Shown here piece by piece: positions 27,049 through 41,557 of a stretch of 64,000 nucleotides of DNA. This stretch comes from Octopus vulgaris (taxonomy: Eukaryota). How positions within the stretch are numbered: position 1 is the stretch's first letter; each line of letters starts with the position of its first letter. Location: contig OX597835.1 in the NCBI GenBank assembly GCA_951406725.2, positions 10,540,001 through 10,604,000 of the forward strand, written 5' to 3'. Below the pieces are notes generated by a model. It saw only the letters and a program-made list of their open reading frames with translations, was not told the origin of the DNA and made no database searches. Made by a program: the position numbers and the translations under genes.

Positions 27049-27571
27049 ATATCTCATCATTATCATCATCATTATCATCTTCATCATCATCATCATCTTT
27101 TAACATCTGTTGTCCATGCTGCCCAGGGTTGGATGGGTTGACCAGAGCTGGCAAGTTAGAGAGCTGCACCAGACTCCAGTCAGTCGTGTCATGGTTTCTA
27201 CAGCTGGATGCTCTTCCTAACGTCAACCACTTCACAGAGAATGCTTTTACATGGCACCACATGGGCACATTTATGTAGCTGTATATCTGTATTATATAAC
27301 ACACATACATACACACGTATGTGTGTGTGTATGTGTGTTTATATGAATATATGTATATATATATATATAAAGTTAATCCAAACAAGAAAGCACAAAAAAA
27401 CACAACAACACGAGGATGTGGAACAAATATAGTATTATTGGACGCTCAGGAAAGAAGGAAAGAAGGAGGGTTTAACGTTTCGAGCGGAGCTCTTTGGTGG
27501 AAACATAGGAGAAGGAAAGATCCAGAGAAGGGAAGACAGAGGAAAAAAATCGCCAACGGTACACACGAGGT

Positions 27572-27639
<68 letters not shown>

Positions 27640-27726
27640 TAAATGAAAGAATGGAGTTGAACGACGATTTAACAAAATTCCTTTATTCTCGACATATGTT
27701 TCGAGGACTGCATATTCATTCAACTA

Positions 27727-27772
<46 letters not shown>

Positions 27773-27879
27773 GTGGTTGTCTATTCCTTATGCAGAGTTT
27801 GACCACCTCCTGTACCTACACCTTAGAAGCACCATGACATCTGACGTGGCTTTTAAAACCAGATAATGTTCTGAATAGA

Positions 27880-28210
27880 CACCCTCATAGATTGCATATC
27901 CGATTAGGACCAAGTTCTGATCTTTGTGGATCTTAAAATGTCTTTTGAGGCCTCCGTTAGATTTGCAGACCTTATGGCATACACGGCATTGAAAGGGGTG
28001 CACAGACACATAGATAGAATAGATGGTGGAGGTTCGTTTTCCATAGGTTCGCAAATGAGATTTGAGCCCAGCAAAAGACAGGCATGGTCTGTCACAAACT
28101 GTGCACACAAAAAGGTCAATGTGATTCACCTTCTTGATCATAACAGTCTTCCTTAAATCTCTTTTGAGTTTTGCATGCGATATCCTGGCCTCTTCAAATG
28201 CTTTCACTCC
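27880..28210 (-). mobile_element. RTE-type LINE 3' end with two C2H2 fingers
   Basis: GVKAFEEAR...KR..RK, then CTVCDRPCLSFAGLKSH and CRVCHKVCKSNGGLKRHFKIH. Confidence 0.65.
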
Positions 28211-29004
28211 ATATATATATGTATATGTGTGTATATATGCACACATATGCACGTGCAAGTTTCAGTTCTTGTGTGCTGTATTATATATGAATCTTATATT
28301 AATTAATATCAAACCATCAAAAACACCAATATTTTAATTAATCTTTCCACTCTTGCAAACGGTTGATTTATATCTGCCATGAATGTGGCCAGTTAATTGT
28401 GTACTTTCACTGGGAAAAGAAGACTGGGGTATGTCTACCCTGAAGAATGCTCAACAAACCATGAAATGAGTCCCTTGAGAGTCTCCACTCTGCCTTTTTT
28501 TCTTTTCTTTTTTTTTTTTTTGCTATATACATCAAAAATACAGTCTGAATGTGTTTATAAAAAATTATACACAGTTAAATGGCTTTCAAATATTTACATT
28601 TAGTTCAATTCTTTTGATCTATGCTATATATCACACACACACAAGCACACACATGTATGAGTGTGTTTGCGTTATATATATATATATATATATATATAGC
28701 AAATAAGAAAGTGGAGAGGATACAAAATCGACAGACATCGACCGGTAACCATTCCAGTATGTCTCTTTATTCCAAAGTATTAGATATTCTGGAATGTTTA
28801 CCGACTGATGTCTGTCGATTTCATATCCTCTCCACTTTCTTATTTGCCGCTAAATCAAGGGTAAACCACTCAACTGCAGGATTGCTACGCAATAGCTAGC
28901 ACTTGGGTATGAATAATTAGGTACACTACCAGCAGTATATTGGATAGGTACTATCCCTTAGTTGGTTTCTCAACCTCTAACTCACACAGATATGTATGTA
29001 TGTG

Positions 29005-29300
29005 TGACAACCTGGCCACTGGTGGTGGTGTAACACACCATACTAATCATATCTGTCGGGCATGTGGAAGAGAGTGTAAATCGGTAGGAGGACTTAAACG
29101 ACATGCAAAGGTACATAAAGCCCAGTTACAACTACAGCCGGCTATTAGCAGTAAAGGTTTTAGTTGCCAATTCTGTACAAGACATTGTAGATCTTTAGCT
29201 GGGCTAAAAAGTCACATTCGATTACAGCACCAGTAACAGTTAAGCTTCGTGCAATGGCCATACTCAATAATGAGGGGGCCGCCATAATAATAATAGTAAT
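29005..29300 (+). mobile_element. RTE-type LINE 3' end with two C2H2 fingers and (taa)n tail
   Basis: CRACGRECKSVGGLKRHAKVH, CQFCTRHCRSLAGLKSHIRLQH*, short UTR, taa repeats. Confidence 0.65.
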
Positions 29301-29584
29301 AATATATATATATATATATAATGATAATAATAATAAAGTGTAAAATCATTAATGATTTTTGCCAAGTGGTCAGCATGGAAATACAACCTCATAGGTAAAT
29401 TTTTATAAATATTTTATAATTATATAAATAATTATAACAAGGGCTTGGCTTGGGCCTTACCACACACTGACAGATAGATGTCAAAAGACACTGTTACCAC
29501 CATAAATTCTCCGAGAAAAACACACTACATAATAGGCCAGTAGAAGAAAGAAAATGAAAATGATCATTATGCCAACACTGTGTA

Positions 29585-29627
<43 letters not shown>

Positions 29628-30046
29628 TGTATTGTGTGTTGTGTGTAAGTTGACTGCCCAGTCAAGGCTGGTCTGAGGCTAAGCAACAACACCACCAATA
29701 GCTGAAAAGGAAAGTGACACAGTGTTAGTGGGTTAGGGTGGGATTTGAACTCAGAATCATGCGACACCGAAGTAGATCAAGTCATATTTACTACACATTG
29801 CTTTCTACATAGATACACGATCCAGATTTGTAATGGAATGTGATTATGTGATGTTTATGCCATGCCCAGTATCACTGAGTGATGTCAGTGAAGTGACTTC
29901 AGCTGGGAATGAAACAACATACCTGTTGCATTGTCTTGAGAATATGGTCTCATTCCAAGAATGGAATCATTATTTCTGCTATGCTGCCTTGTTTTTAATA
30001 ATTCTAATAACTAAAATATTCCACTATTAACTGTGACAGTCCTTTG

Positions 30047-30527
30047 TTTACCTTTTTGTTACCGTATTTCTGTTGAGATGTTCTGTGTTTCTTTCAATTA
30101 CTTTAAATATAACAAAGAATTTAGTAAAATAACTTAGTTATCATTCAGCTAGTGTTAGGAACATAAATTGTGACTAAGGTTTGGTGGAAGATTTTAATTC
30201 AAAACTTATGAAAACAAGACATTTGTACTACAGAGCCAGCGGTGGTTTCAGCCAGGTTGGTATCAAAAGAGCTAAGAATTGTTTCTCTATTATATATTTT
30301 AACCCTTTTGTTAACGTATTTATTTTGAGATGCTCTGTGTTTCTTTCAATTTATTTTAAATATAACAAAGAATTTAGTAAAATAGCTTAGTTATCATTCA
30401 GCTAGTGTTAGGAACATAAATTGTGACTAAAGTTTGGTGGAAGATTTTAATTCCAAACTTATGAAAACAAGACATTTGTACTCAGAGCCAGAGCCGGTTT
30501 CAGCCAGGTTGGTATCAAAAGGGTTAA
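30047..30527. mobile_element. MITE family B dimer
   Basis: Same two units and same spacer as 4308-4790. Confidence 0.8.
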
Positions 30528-31211
30528 ATGTTGTATTGAGTTGTAAATTGTGATGTTCCACTGTTAACTGTGGCATTTCATTTTTAATTGTGGTATTGAA
30601 CTGTTAACTGTGATGTTCCAGTGTTAACCTGGCTTTCCACTGTTAACTGTGGTAATCTCAAACTAAGCTCAAACTATTAAGAGTATTTCGTTTTTGGATT
30701 CGGTTTGCAAGATTCTTTATGTGAGTTTGTGTGTTGAAGCATATTCTATTGTGTCTGGGGAGAGTCATTCTCTTTTAGTGCCTCGTAATTTCACACACTC
30801 ACCGGTAAAATTTCACCTTATTTCTTTTGCATTTTTCTAAACTGTTGAAAAGGTTGCAATGAAAATTTTAGAAAAATAAAAAAGAAATAAGGAGAAATTT
30901 TACCTGTGAGTGTTTTAAATACGGCACTAAAAGATAATGACTCTCCCCAGACACAACAGAATATTAAGAGTGTGTTGATCACATGTAACCTTATCTTGTT
31001 CATATTTATAATGATAGAAACTACTCATGTATTTTTAATTAAAACTGAAAAATAACCCAAAATCTGCAGAAATTTAATAAGATTATTAACTTGTGTGCTA
31101 TTGAAATGGTGTTTGGAATATAGTAGCAAAAAGTTGTTGCATGAAATAATAATGGATGGTTTTAATTGAGATATGAACAGTTTTAAAATGAGATGATTTG
31201 TGGAGGGGATG

Positions 31212-31593
31212 GAAGCACTCCGTCGGTTATGACAATGAGGGTTCCGGTTGATCCGAATCAACGGAACAGCCTGCTCGTGAAATTAACGTGTAAGTGGCTA
31301 AGACTCCACAGACACGTGTACCCTTAACGTAGTTCTCGGGGATATTCAGCGTGACACAGAGAGTGAGAAGGCCGGCCCCTTGAAATACAGATACAACAGA
31401 AACAGGAAGTAAGAGTGAGAGAAAGTTGTGGTGAAAGAGTACAGCAGGGATCACCACCATCCCCTGCCGGAGCCTCGTGGAGCTTTTAGGTGTTTTCGCT
31501 CAATAAACACTCACGACGCCCGGTCTGGGAATCGAAACCGCGATCCTATGACCGCGAGTCCGCTGCTCTAACCACTGGGCCATTGTGCCTCCA
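31212..31593 (-). mobile_element. SINE family 2
   Basis: Reverse complement of 24699-25080. Confidence 0.85.
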
Positions 31594-31733
31594 CAGATGA
31601 TTTGTATGACGGGGCTGGAGCCAGTGTTGGTTCCGTTGGTGCCAAAATGGTTAACAGTAATTATCTAGCAGGAATGGAGTCATAAGTAAATCCAAAGAGA
31701 TTTTGGTGAGTCATGAGTCAGTTATACTTTGCA

Positions 31734-31787
<54 letters not shown>

Positions 31788-31864
31788 TGATGGTCTCTCC
31801 TATCAAAGACGATGTATGAGTGTTGAATGTTTTTGCTGAACAAGCTGCACAAAGGATTTGTTTG

Positions 31865-32025
31865 CAGGAGTGGCTGTGTGGTAAGTAGCTTGCTAACCAA
31901 CCACATGGTTCCGGGTTCAGTCCCACTGCGTGGCATCTTGGGCAAGTGTCTTCTGCTATAGCCCCGGGCCGACCAATGCCTTGTGAGTGGATTTGGTAGA
32001 CAGAAACTGAATGAAGCCCGTCGTA

Positions 32026-32100
<75 letters not shown>

Positions 32101-32310
32101 TTGCGTGTCTGTTTGTCCCCCTAGCATTGCTTGACAACCGATGCTGGTGTGTTTACGTCCCCGTCACTTAGCGGTTCGGCAAAAGAGACCGATAGAATAA
32201 GTACTGGGCTTACAAAGAATAAGTCCTGGGGTCGATTTGCTCGACTAAAGGTGGTGCTCCAGCATGGCCGCAGTCAAATGACTGAAACAAGTAAAAGAGT
32301 AAAAGAGTAA
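31865..32310 (+). mobile_element. SINE family 1
   Basis: Head, internal (TA)n, gtaaaaga tail. Confidence 0.85.
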
Positions 32311-32921
32311 ATGTATGTGCCGTACATTAGCTCACCTGCCCCTCCATCAAATCAATGTTGTCTGAACAGGTGCCACATTGTGTCACGTTGTGCCACATGT
32401 CAGGTGTCTCAGTGATCGCAGAGCAGCATGAGATGAAGTGTTTTGCTCAAGAACACAATGCACAACCCAGTCTAGGAATTGAAACCATGTTCTCAGAATT
32501 GTGAGTGCAAAGCCCTAACCACTAGGTCATTCTTTCATATACACACACACACACACACATGTGCATACATGTACACACACACACACACACATATACATAT
32601 ATACATGTACACACACACACCTGTGCATACATGTACACACATACACATACATATATACATGTACACACACACACATGTGCATACATGTACACACACACAT
32701 ACATATATACATGTACACACACACAGACACACACTATAAAAAGAATAGGCTTTTTTTTAGTTTCTCTCTACCACATTTGTCCACAAATGGATTTGGTTTG
32801 CCTGGGGCTGTAGTAAAAGACATTTGTCCTAGGTAGTAGGCAGTGTTGTGGGACTGAACCCGAGACCATGTGTCTGGGAAGCAAACTTCTTACCACACGA
32901 CCACGCTTGCATGTATATATT

Positions 32922-33328
32922 TAGGTGCAGGAGTGGCTGTGTGGTAAGTAGCTTGCTTACCAACCACATGGTTCCGGGTTCAATCCCACTGCGTGGCACC
33001 TTGGGTAAGTGTCTTCTACTATAGCCTCGGGCCAACCAAAGACTTGTGAGTGGATTTGGTAGACGGAAACTGAAAGAAGCCTGTCGTATATATGTATATA
33101 TATATGTGTGTGTGTATGTTTGTGTGTCTGTGTTTGTTCCCCTAGCATTGCTTGACAACCGATGCTGGTGTGTTTATGTCCCCGTCACATAGCGGTTCGG
33201 CAAAAGAGACCAATAGAATAAGTACTGGGCTTACAAAGAATAAGTCCTGGGGTCGGTTTGCTCGACTAAAGGCAGTGCTCCAGCATGGCCTCAGTCAAAT
33301 GACTGAAACAAGTAAATGAGTAAAAGAG
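32922..33328 (+). mobile_element. SINE family 1
   Basis: Full-length copy. Confidence 0.85.
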
Positions 33329-34259
33329 GTGAACGGAGTCATTTGAGAATGCATTTTCTTGACCATCAACAATAAAAGTTGTTTAGCCACAGGTCAGTCC
33401 TGAGTGAGTAGACTTTTTAATAAAAGCCATTCCAACCTTACCCACCATGTCTTATTCTTTCACATACGCAGTGTTTCCGGGAGTGGTTAAATGCATCTAG
33501 TCTTTCTAAATAGTTGGGTATTAAGTCGAGGGAGATTTGGCTATCATTTTTAGCAGGTTGCCTCGAGCTAATTGGTCCAATGTTTTACTGATTGATGGGA
33601 TGTGAACTTTTATAACCCCTTGGGGGAGCAGGGTTGTTTTGTACTCCGTTAACTCAGTACTCTATCACCTGGCCATGTTATTTTCATCCCCCATCAATTT
33701 GGTCATCCATAGTTTTGAGGTTTAACTTGGCGGCAAAAACAAAAACAAAATGCTTTATGTATGGTAACCACTCTCAGAGGCTGCCAAATGATTAACGGTT
33801 ATAGCTGTTGCATGCAAGAAGAGGGATGATTTTTTGGAAGAACCCAGAATTGATGAGTGTTGAGTAAATTTTGAAATTCTTGCTTGGATTTAAAAAAAAA
33901 ATAAATAATAAAAAAACAAAAATTTAAAAAAAAAGAAGAATCCTGCCAAAAATTTTCAAGATCCAAAGAATTTTAAAAGCTTTTTTTTTTTTGGATGAAT
34001 GGGAAATGTTTTCCTTTTGTGAGTAAATTAGCAATTGTGAGGAAAGAGATTTATTGGAAATATTCAATTTACCTCGATTAATAGCTTCTCTCTGATTGGC
34101 TGACAGAGATGATGACACAACTCTTTCAGTGTCTTCTTCACAGTTTGGAAAAACATGAACAACAACATGAACGACAACAACAACAACAACAAGCCGTGTG
34201 TGTTGCTGCAACTTCAATTTAAAGGAGAAATAATGTTGACATTGACATCAGCATCATTG

Positions 34260-34440
34260 TTGTAATCATCCTTCCTCCTCCTCCTCTCCTCCTCCTTCTC
34301 TCCATCACCATCATCATCATCATCACCATCACTGCCATCATCATCATCTTCATCACCATCGTCATCATCATCACCGTCACCATCATCATCATCATCATTA
34401 CCATCATCGTCATCATCATTGTCATCATCATCATCATCAT

Positions 34441-34472
<32 letters not shown>

Positions 34473-34740
34473 TCGTCGTTGTCGTTGTCGTCATCATCAT
34501 CGTCATCATCATCATCATTATCATCATCATCATCATCATCACCACCATCATCATCACCATCATCACCCTAATCATCATCATTGTCATCATTGTCATCATC
34601 ATCATCATCATCACCATCGTCATCATCATCATCATCATCATCACCCTCATCATCATCATCACCATCATCATCATCACCCTCATCACCCTCATCACCATCA
34701 TCATCATCACCATCATCACCCTCATCATCATCATCATTAC

Positions 34741-34775
<35 letters not shown>

Positions 34776-35276
34776 CCCTCATCATCATCATCATCATCAT
34801 CACCCTCATCATCATCATCATCATCACCATCATCATCATCACCATCATCACCCTCATCATCATCATCATCATCACCATCATCATCATCACCATCATCACC
34901 CTCATCATCATCATCACCATCATCATCATCACCATCATCACCCTCATCATCATCATTGTCATCACCATCATCATCATCACCATCATCATCGTCATCATCA
35001 TCATCATCGTCATCGTCATCATCATCATCATCATCATTATTATTTTTCTATGGTAAGCTGGCGGAATCATTGGCATGTTTTGTAGCATTTCACCCATTCT
35101 TATGTTCTGATTTCAAATTCTGCTGGGGTCAGTTTTGCCTTTCATCCTTTCGAGGGTTGATGACATGAACAGTAGGGGTCAAAACAACCGACTTAACCCC
35201 TCCCCACAAAATTTCAGGTCTTGCGCCTAAAGTAGAAAGGATTATCATTATCATTATCATAATAATAATAATAATA

Positions 35277-35314
<38 letters not shown>

Positions 35315-35316
35315 TT

Positions 35317-35350
<34 letters not shown>

Positions 35351-35424
35351 CATTATAATTATCATAATTATTATTATTATTATCATTATTATTATTATTA
35401 TTATTACTTTTATTATTATTATTA

Positions 35425-35473
<49 letters not shown>

Positions 35474-35474
35474 T

Positions 35475-35530
<56 letters not shown>

Positions 35531-35583
35531 TATTATCATTATTATTATTATTATTATTATCATCATTATCATTATTACTATTA

Positions 35584-35640
<57 letters not shown>

Positions 35641-35732
35641 TATTATTATTATTATTATCATTATAATTATCATAATTATTATTATTATTATCATTATTAT
35701 TATTATTATTATTACTTTTATTATTATTATTA

Positions 35733-35781
<49 letters not shown>

Positions 35782-35782
35782 T

Positions 35783-35838
<56 letters not shown>

Positions 35839-35903
35839 TATTATCATTATTATTATTATTATTATTATCATCATTATCATTATTACTATTATCATTATTA
35901 TTA

Positions 35904-35936
<33 letters not shown>

Positions 35937-35953
35937 TATTATTATTATTATTA

Positions 35954-36013
<60 letters not shown>

Positions 36014-36232
36014 TTAAAGCAGTGAGGTGTTCATTTCTCCCAGTTCTTTGCGTTCCAACTTTAAAATTCCACTGAGGTCGGAAGGTGTCTTTCATGTTGA
36101 TATTTTCACATAAAGACCAGTTAAAACTGGGATTGCTGCAATTGACAAGCCCCTCCCTTCAAAATTGCTGGACATTTAACAAAATCAGAAAGAATTATTG
36201 TCATTATCAATTATTATTATCATTAATTATTA

Positions 36233-36302
<70 letters not shown>

Positions 36303-36321
36303 CATTAAATTTTATTATTAC

Positions 36322-36352
<31 letters not shown>

Positions 36353-36433
36353 GTTATTTTTATTATTATTATTATTGTTATTATTGTTATTGTTATTATT
36401 ATTATTATTATTATTGTTATTATTGTTATTATT

Positions 36434-36475
<42 letters not shown>

Positions 36476-36485
36476 ATTATTATTA

Positions 36486-36516
<31 letters not shown>

Positions 36517-36530
36517 CATTATTACCATTA
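34260..36530. repeat. Long imperfect (CAT)n, (ATT)n and (TTG)n trinucleotide arrays with interleaved SINE fragments
   Basis: Direct reading. Confidence 0.95.
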
Positions 36531-36781
36531 TGAAGGTTAGCAGAATTGATTAGCAAACTGGACAAAATGCTTAGCGGCATTTCATCTGTCTTATGTTCTG
36601 AGTTCAAATTCTGCTGAGGTCGACTTTGCTTTGCTTCCTTTTGGGGTTGATAAAGAAGTACCAGTTATGCACTGGGGTTGATGCAATTGACTAGATCTCC
36701 CCCACAAACAAATTTCAGGCTTTGTGCCTATAATAGAAAGGATTGTCATCATCATCATTATTACCATTAGTAGTAGTAGTA

Positions 36782-36815
<34 letters not shown>

Positions 36816-37030
36816 TTTTAAATTATGAGACAAGTCCAGCAATTTTGAGGGAGGGGGCCAGTCAATTAGATTGACTCTAGTATGTAACTGGTACTTATTT
36901 AATCAACCCTGAAAGGATGAAAGGCAAAGTTGGTCTTGGCGGAATTTGAACTCAGAACGTTAAGACGGACAAAATGCTGCTAAGCATTTTGCCTGGCATG
37001 CTAACAATTCTGCCAGCTCCCCACCTTATT

Positions 37031-37067
<37 letters not shown>

Positions 37068-37068
<1 letters not shown>

Positions 37069-37430
37069 GAGCATTCAGAGAGCACAAACCTCTGCCAAGG
37101 TAACACCAACGTCCTCTCAATGATTAGCCAGAGATGACTTTTTTCAAATGAGAATATCTGAAATAAACTCGACTGCTCTCACAAACGAGAATACTAAAAA
37201 TTAACCCGGCTGCTCTCAAAAATTAAGTAAAAAGACCAGAAAAATAATCCAGAATCCTTGTTTTGTACTGGATCGATCCCAAAATCTAATCAGTTCATGC
37301 CAGTCATGAGGCCAAACATCCCTGAAAGTTTCATCCGAATCCATTCAGCAGTTCTTGAGATACCTTGCCCACGGACAGACAAACAAACATCACTGAAAAA
37401 CAATGCCTCCACCCACCTGGGGGTGGTGAA
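37068..37430 (+). mobile_element. Non-autonomous Helitron/Helentron-like element
   Basis: aaagtttcatccgaatcc, acagacaaacaaac tract, 3' hairpin ccacccacctgggggtgg; follows (taa)n. Confidence 0.4.
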
Positions 37431-38738
37431 AAGATCCAGGGTGGGTATTGAAGAAAAATGGGGCAATATTAGGGCAACCAAAATGGGGCAATGGATGTAA
37501 AAAACATACAAGCAAACAAAATAAGGGTTAATTAGGTCAAGTTTTATTTGTGAAATACTTTTCTTTTGAATTTGCTGCAGAAAACAGTTTATGTCTGTGA
37601 TGGTGAGTGGAGTGGGGTGGGTTAGGGAGGCAAAAGGAATCTGGCCCTAGAGCCAAGGGTGCAGCAACCCAAAAATCTTTGGGAACCATTATTATAGAGC
37701 ACTCAGTTTTATTTTGAGTTCAAATCTTTCATTCCTTCTGGGCGCAATAAAATAATACCTGTTCCGTATCAGGGTCTGTGCAGTGATCTATACCAGTAAT
37801 TATTTGGTTACATATGAATGATGGTATGACAGTGCTAATTAAAACATTTAACAAATTTTATCTCAATCACGATCGAGCCGTTTTTTTTTTTTTTTTTTTT
37901 ATTTTGCAGCCAGAATTTAAGGGCTTTCCAGAAATTTCTGCTTAAGGCATTTATCTCCTTAAATCTAATCAAAATCATATTTTATTTCACATGTTTAACA
38001 AAACCAAACCATTCTCTTATTTGCTATTACATTCAAGTGGTTGCATTTTAGTTTTGATATCACAATTTAGGGTTTACTAAAGAAATTCTTTGTGGACGTG
38101 TTTGGCAATTTATTTGGATTGCACTTGCGTTCAATTCCGAATGTAAGACAATGCAAAAGAGATTATTCTTGTCTTTTATTTTTGGTTCTTTTCGGCCTTT
38201 AATTTTGTTTGATAATCAAATAGTTGTTTGGTGTGTGACTGGCCAGGCTGCAGCTAATAATACACGTTTCGACCTTCCAAGTTTTATTTGCCAGAAAGTT
38301 TTAGGGACAAAAACACACAAACACAAAAGAAGAAAAAATATATAGACATGAAAAAAAAAAGAAAGAAAATACCCCCCCCCCACCTCCAAGAAGACAAAAT
38401 TGAACAAAAAGGAAAAAAAAAGACTTTCAGATGTTTGCTTTCGTAAAGATTTGCTCCCAGCTGGTGGTGGTGGTCATGGTAGAGGCGGCGGGGGGGGGGG
38501 GGGTCTTTCATAGTTCTGATAATAACAGGTTGTCTTTCTTTAGCAAATGTGTAATGATTGCCAGCGCCATCTTAAGTAGATTTACTTTGCTCTTCTTATC
38601 TGTTACATCTTTCTCTTCCCCCCTCACCCCTCATTACTTTCTCTCTCTCACATTTTGAAGAAAGGAGAGCAAGATTTGGTTACCTTTGCTCTCCCTTCTT
38701 CCTACACATGTTCTCCTCACTCACTCTGTCTCTTTCTC

Positions 38739-38783
<45 letters not shown>

Positions 38784-39489
38784 ACACATACACACACATA
38801 CACACACACACTCTCTCTCTCTCTCTCTCCCTTTAGTTCTGTTTCCTTACTTTTTTGGTCACTTTTCTCCCCCTCTTCCTTTCTCTCATCTTCTACTTTC
38901 TCTCTGCACCTACTTCTCCCCCCTCTCTCTCTCTCAACTCTTTATTTCTTAACTTCATTTCTCTCCCTCCCCTCTCTTTCCCCTTCTCTCCTCCCTCTCT
39001 CTCATTTCCTTCCTCTTCCTCTCACCACTCCTTAATCCTCTCCATCTCTTTTCCTCTCTTCCTTCTAGTCACTCTCTCTCTCTCTCACTATCCTCCCTCC
39101 TCTCCCCCTCTCTCTTACTCTCTTACCTTCTTCCTCTCAAACCTCCCACACATCCTCTTCCCACCACTCCTTCATCTCCAGCTTGTTTACTGCTTTTAGC
39201 AAACATTTTTTTGTTCAGTCAGTTATTAAATGTGTTTTATTTACTATGTGAGACAGAGAAAGAGAGATAGAGAGAGGGAGAGAGAGAGAGGGAGAGAGAG
39301 AGAGGAGAGGTATATGTATATATACATAGGGAGGCATGGCTAGAGAGCAAGATGTAATGAGAGAGAGTTAAAGAGATACTGAAAGAGAGAGAGAGACAGG
39401 GAGAGATAAGAGGGATATTGATAGAAGTGTTTCTATGGGATTATCTGTATGTACACACATACAAACACACACACGCACTCACACAACTA

Positions 39490-40140
39490 AATCACACACA
39501 CACATAGTGATATTCTCACCAATACACAGACACACACACACACTCTCTCACAAACACATACACACACACACTCTCGAACACATTCACACACATAAATCAC
39601 ACACACACACATAGTGATATTCTCACCAATACACACACACACTCACTCTCACAAACACACACACTTTACACATACACACACACACTCTCTCGAACACACA
39701 CTCACACACATGAATCACACACACATAGTGATATTCTCACCAATACACACACACACACTCACTCTCACAAACATACATATACACACTCACACACACCCTA
39801 GAACACACACTCACACACATAAATCACACACATAGTGATATTCTCACCAATACACACACACACTCACTTTCACAAACACACACACTTATACACATACACA
39901 CACACACACTCACACACTAAAATCACACACACATAGTGATATTCTCACCAATACACACACACTCACTCTCACAAACACACACACTTATACACATACACAC
40001 ACACACTCTCTCGAACACACACTCTCTTGAACACACACTCTCTTGAACACACACTCTCTTGAACACACACTCACACACATAAATCACACATACACACATA
40101 GTGATATTCTCAGCAACGCACACACATACATGCACACACA
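39490..40140. repeat. CA-rich compound tandem repeat, ~6 units of ~110 bp
   Basis: Anchor catagtgatattctcaccaatacac recurs six times. Confidence 0.9.
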
Positions 40141-40578
40141 TTCTCTTTTTTAAAGTAACACGCATATTTACATTTATGTATTAATGCAAAGACAAATCGT
40201 AGCATGGTCGGGCCATGGCAAGATCTCAGATTAAGCAAAGGAATTTCAAAGACCTGATTCCCTGAGATAATCGCCATTCTCTCTTGCAGTGATTCCTTTA
40301 TATGCTTACAGCCTTACTGTGGAATGAAATTCTGATTCTACCATTCAAAGACAAATTCCACTTGCTAGAATTTTTAGAACTAAATGGTTAATGGTGCCTT
40401 TAGTGTAGCAACAATAAAATCAAAGACCCCGTTTCCAGCAGTGTAATCCTGTTGACAATAGTTTCTAGCTACGGCATTTAGTCTTGTATTTAGGGAGAGT
40501 ATCGGACCATAGAACTCTGGTAATGAGGTAAAATTCCTGGAACTCATCACCAAACTAGAAACAGTTTCCATAGTGTAT

Positions 40579-40746
40579 AGGCGCAGGAGTGGCTGTGTGG
40601 TAAGTAGCTTGCTAACCAACCACATGGTTCTGGGTTCAGTCCCACTGCGTGGCATCTTGGGCAAGTGTCTTCTGCTATAGCCCCGGGCTGACCAATGCCT
40701 TGTGAGTGGATTTGGTAGACGGAAACTGAAAGAAGCCTGTCGTATA

Positions 40747-40795
<49 letters not shown>

Positions 40796-41010
40796 ATGTG
40801 TTTGTGTGTCTGTGTTTGTCCCCTAGCATTGCTTGATAACCGATGCTGGTGTGTTTACGTCCCCGACACTTAGCGGTTCGGCAAAAAGAAACCGATATAA
40901 TAAGTACTGGGCTTACAAAGAATAAGTCCCGGGGTCGATTTGCTCGACTAAAGGCGGTGCTCCAGCATGGCCGCAGTCAAATGACTGAAACAAGTTAAAG
41001 AGTAAAAGAG
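40579..41010 (+). mobile_element. SINE family 1
   Basis: Full-length copy. Confidence 0.85.
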
Positions 41011-41557
41011 AGTGTCTGAAATGGAATCAGTTGGGAAAAAAACCAATATTTTATTCGGTAGCTGTCAGCAGAATGGAACAATGAACTTTGGTGTGATGGA
41101 TGGATGGATGGAAGCTCGAAGAAGTGGACAAGTTTAACCTTTCAACTGCAAAATTAAATTCTGTGGTTATTCCAGTCATGATGTTAAATATCTACCCAAA
41201 AATAGAATTGGTATTCTCTGGGAGTCCTGTTGCTTCAATATACTTGACATTCCTCAACAGAAAATAGTTTCAAGCATGACATTCCTTAACAAAAGATAGA
41301 TTGGGAAATAAAAGTGTTTTCTGCTGTTAAGAGGAATGGAATTTTGAGTGGAGATATGTCTAATTTTCTGCAGTAAAAAGGGTGGATTAGACTCAGTTTT
41401 TGAGTTGGGGATGACTGCTCAGTAGACGAGGTACAAGTCAGACTCATTGTGGCTGGCCTCATCTTTTATCTGAGAGTACTTAACCATCTTCTGAATTTTA
41501 ACATTTACGGAAACAAAGTTTTATCAGGTTTTTCCTTGAAAGTGTTTGCATTTTGGG

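Noticed and set aside
28436-28475. ccCTGAAGAatg...catGAAA hammerhead-like string
   Set aside because: Stems I and III cannot be formed.
28940-29236. Host C2H2 zinc-finger gene
   Set aside because: No TGEKP linkers; short UTR and (taa)n tail fit a LINE 3' end.
37910-37947. Micro-exon after a strong poly-T/gcag acceptor
   Set aside because: No GT donor nearby, and the flanking exons already join in frame without it.
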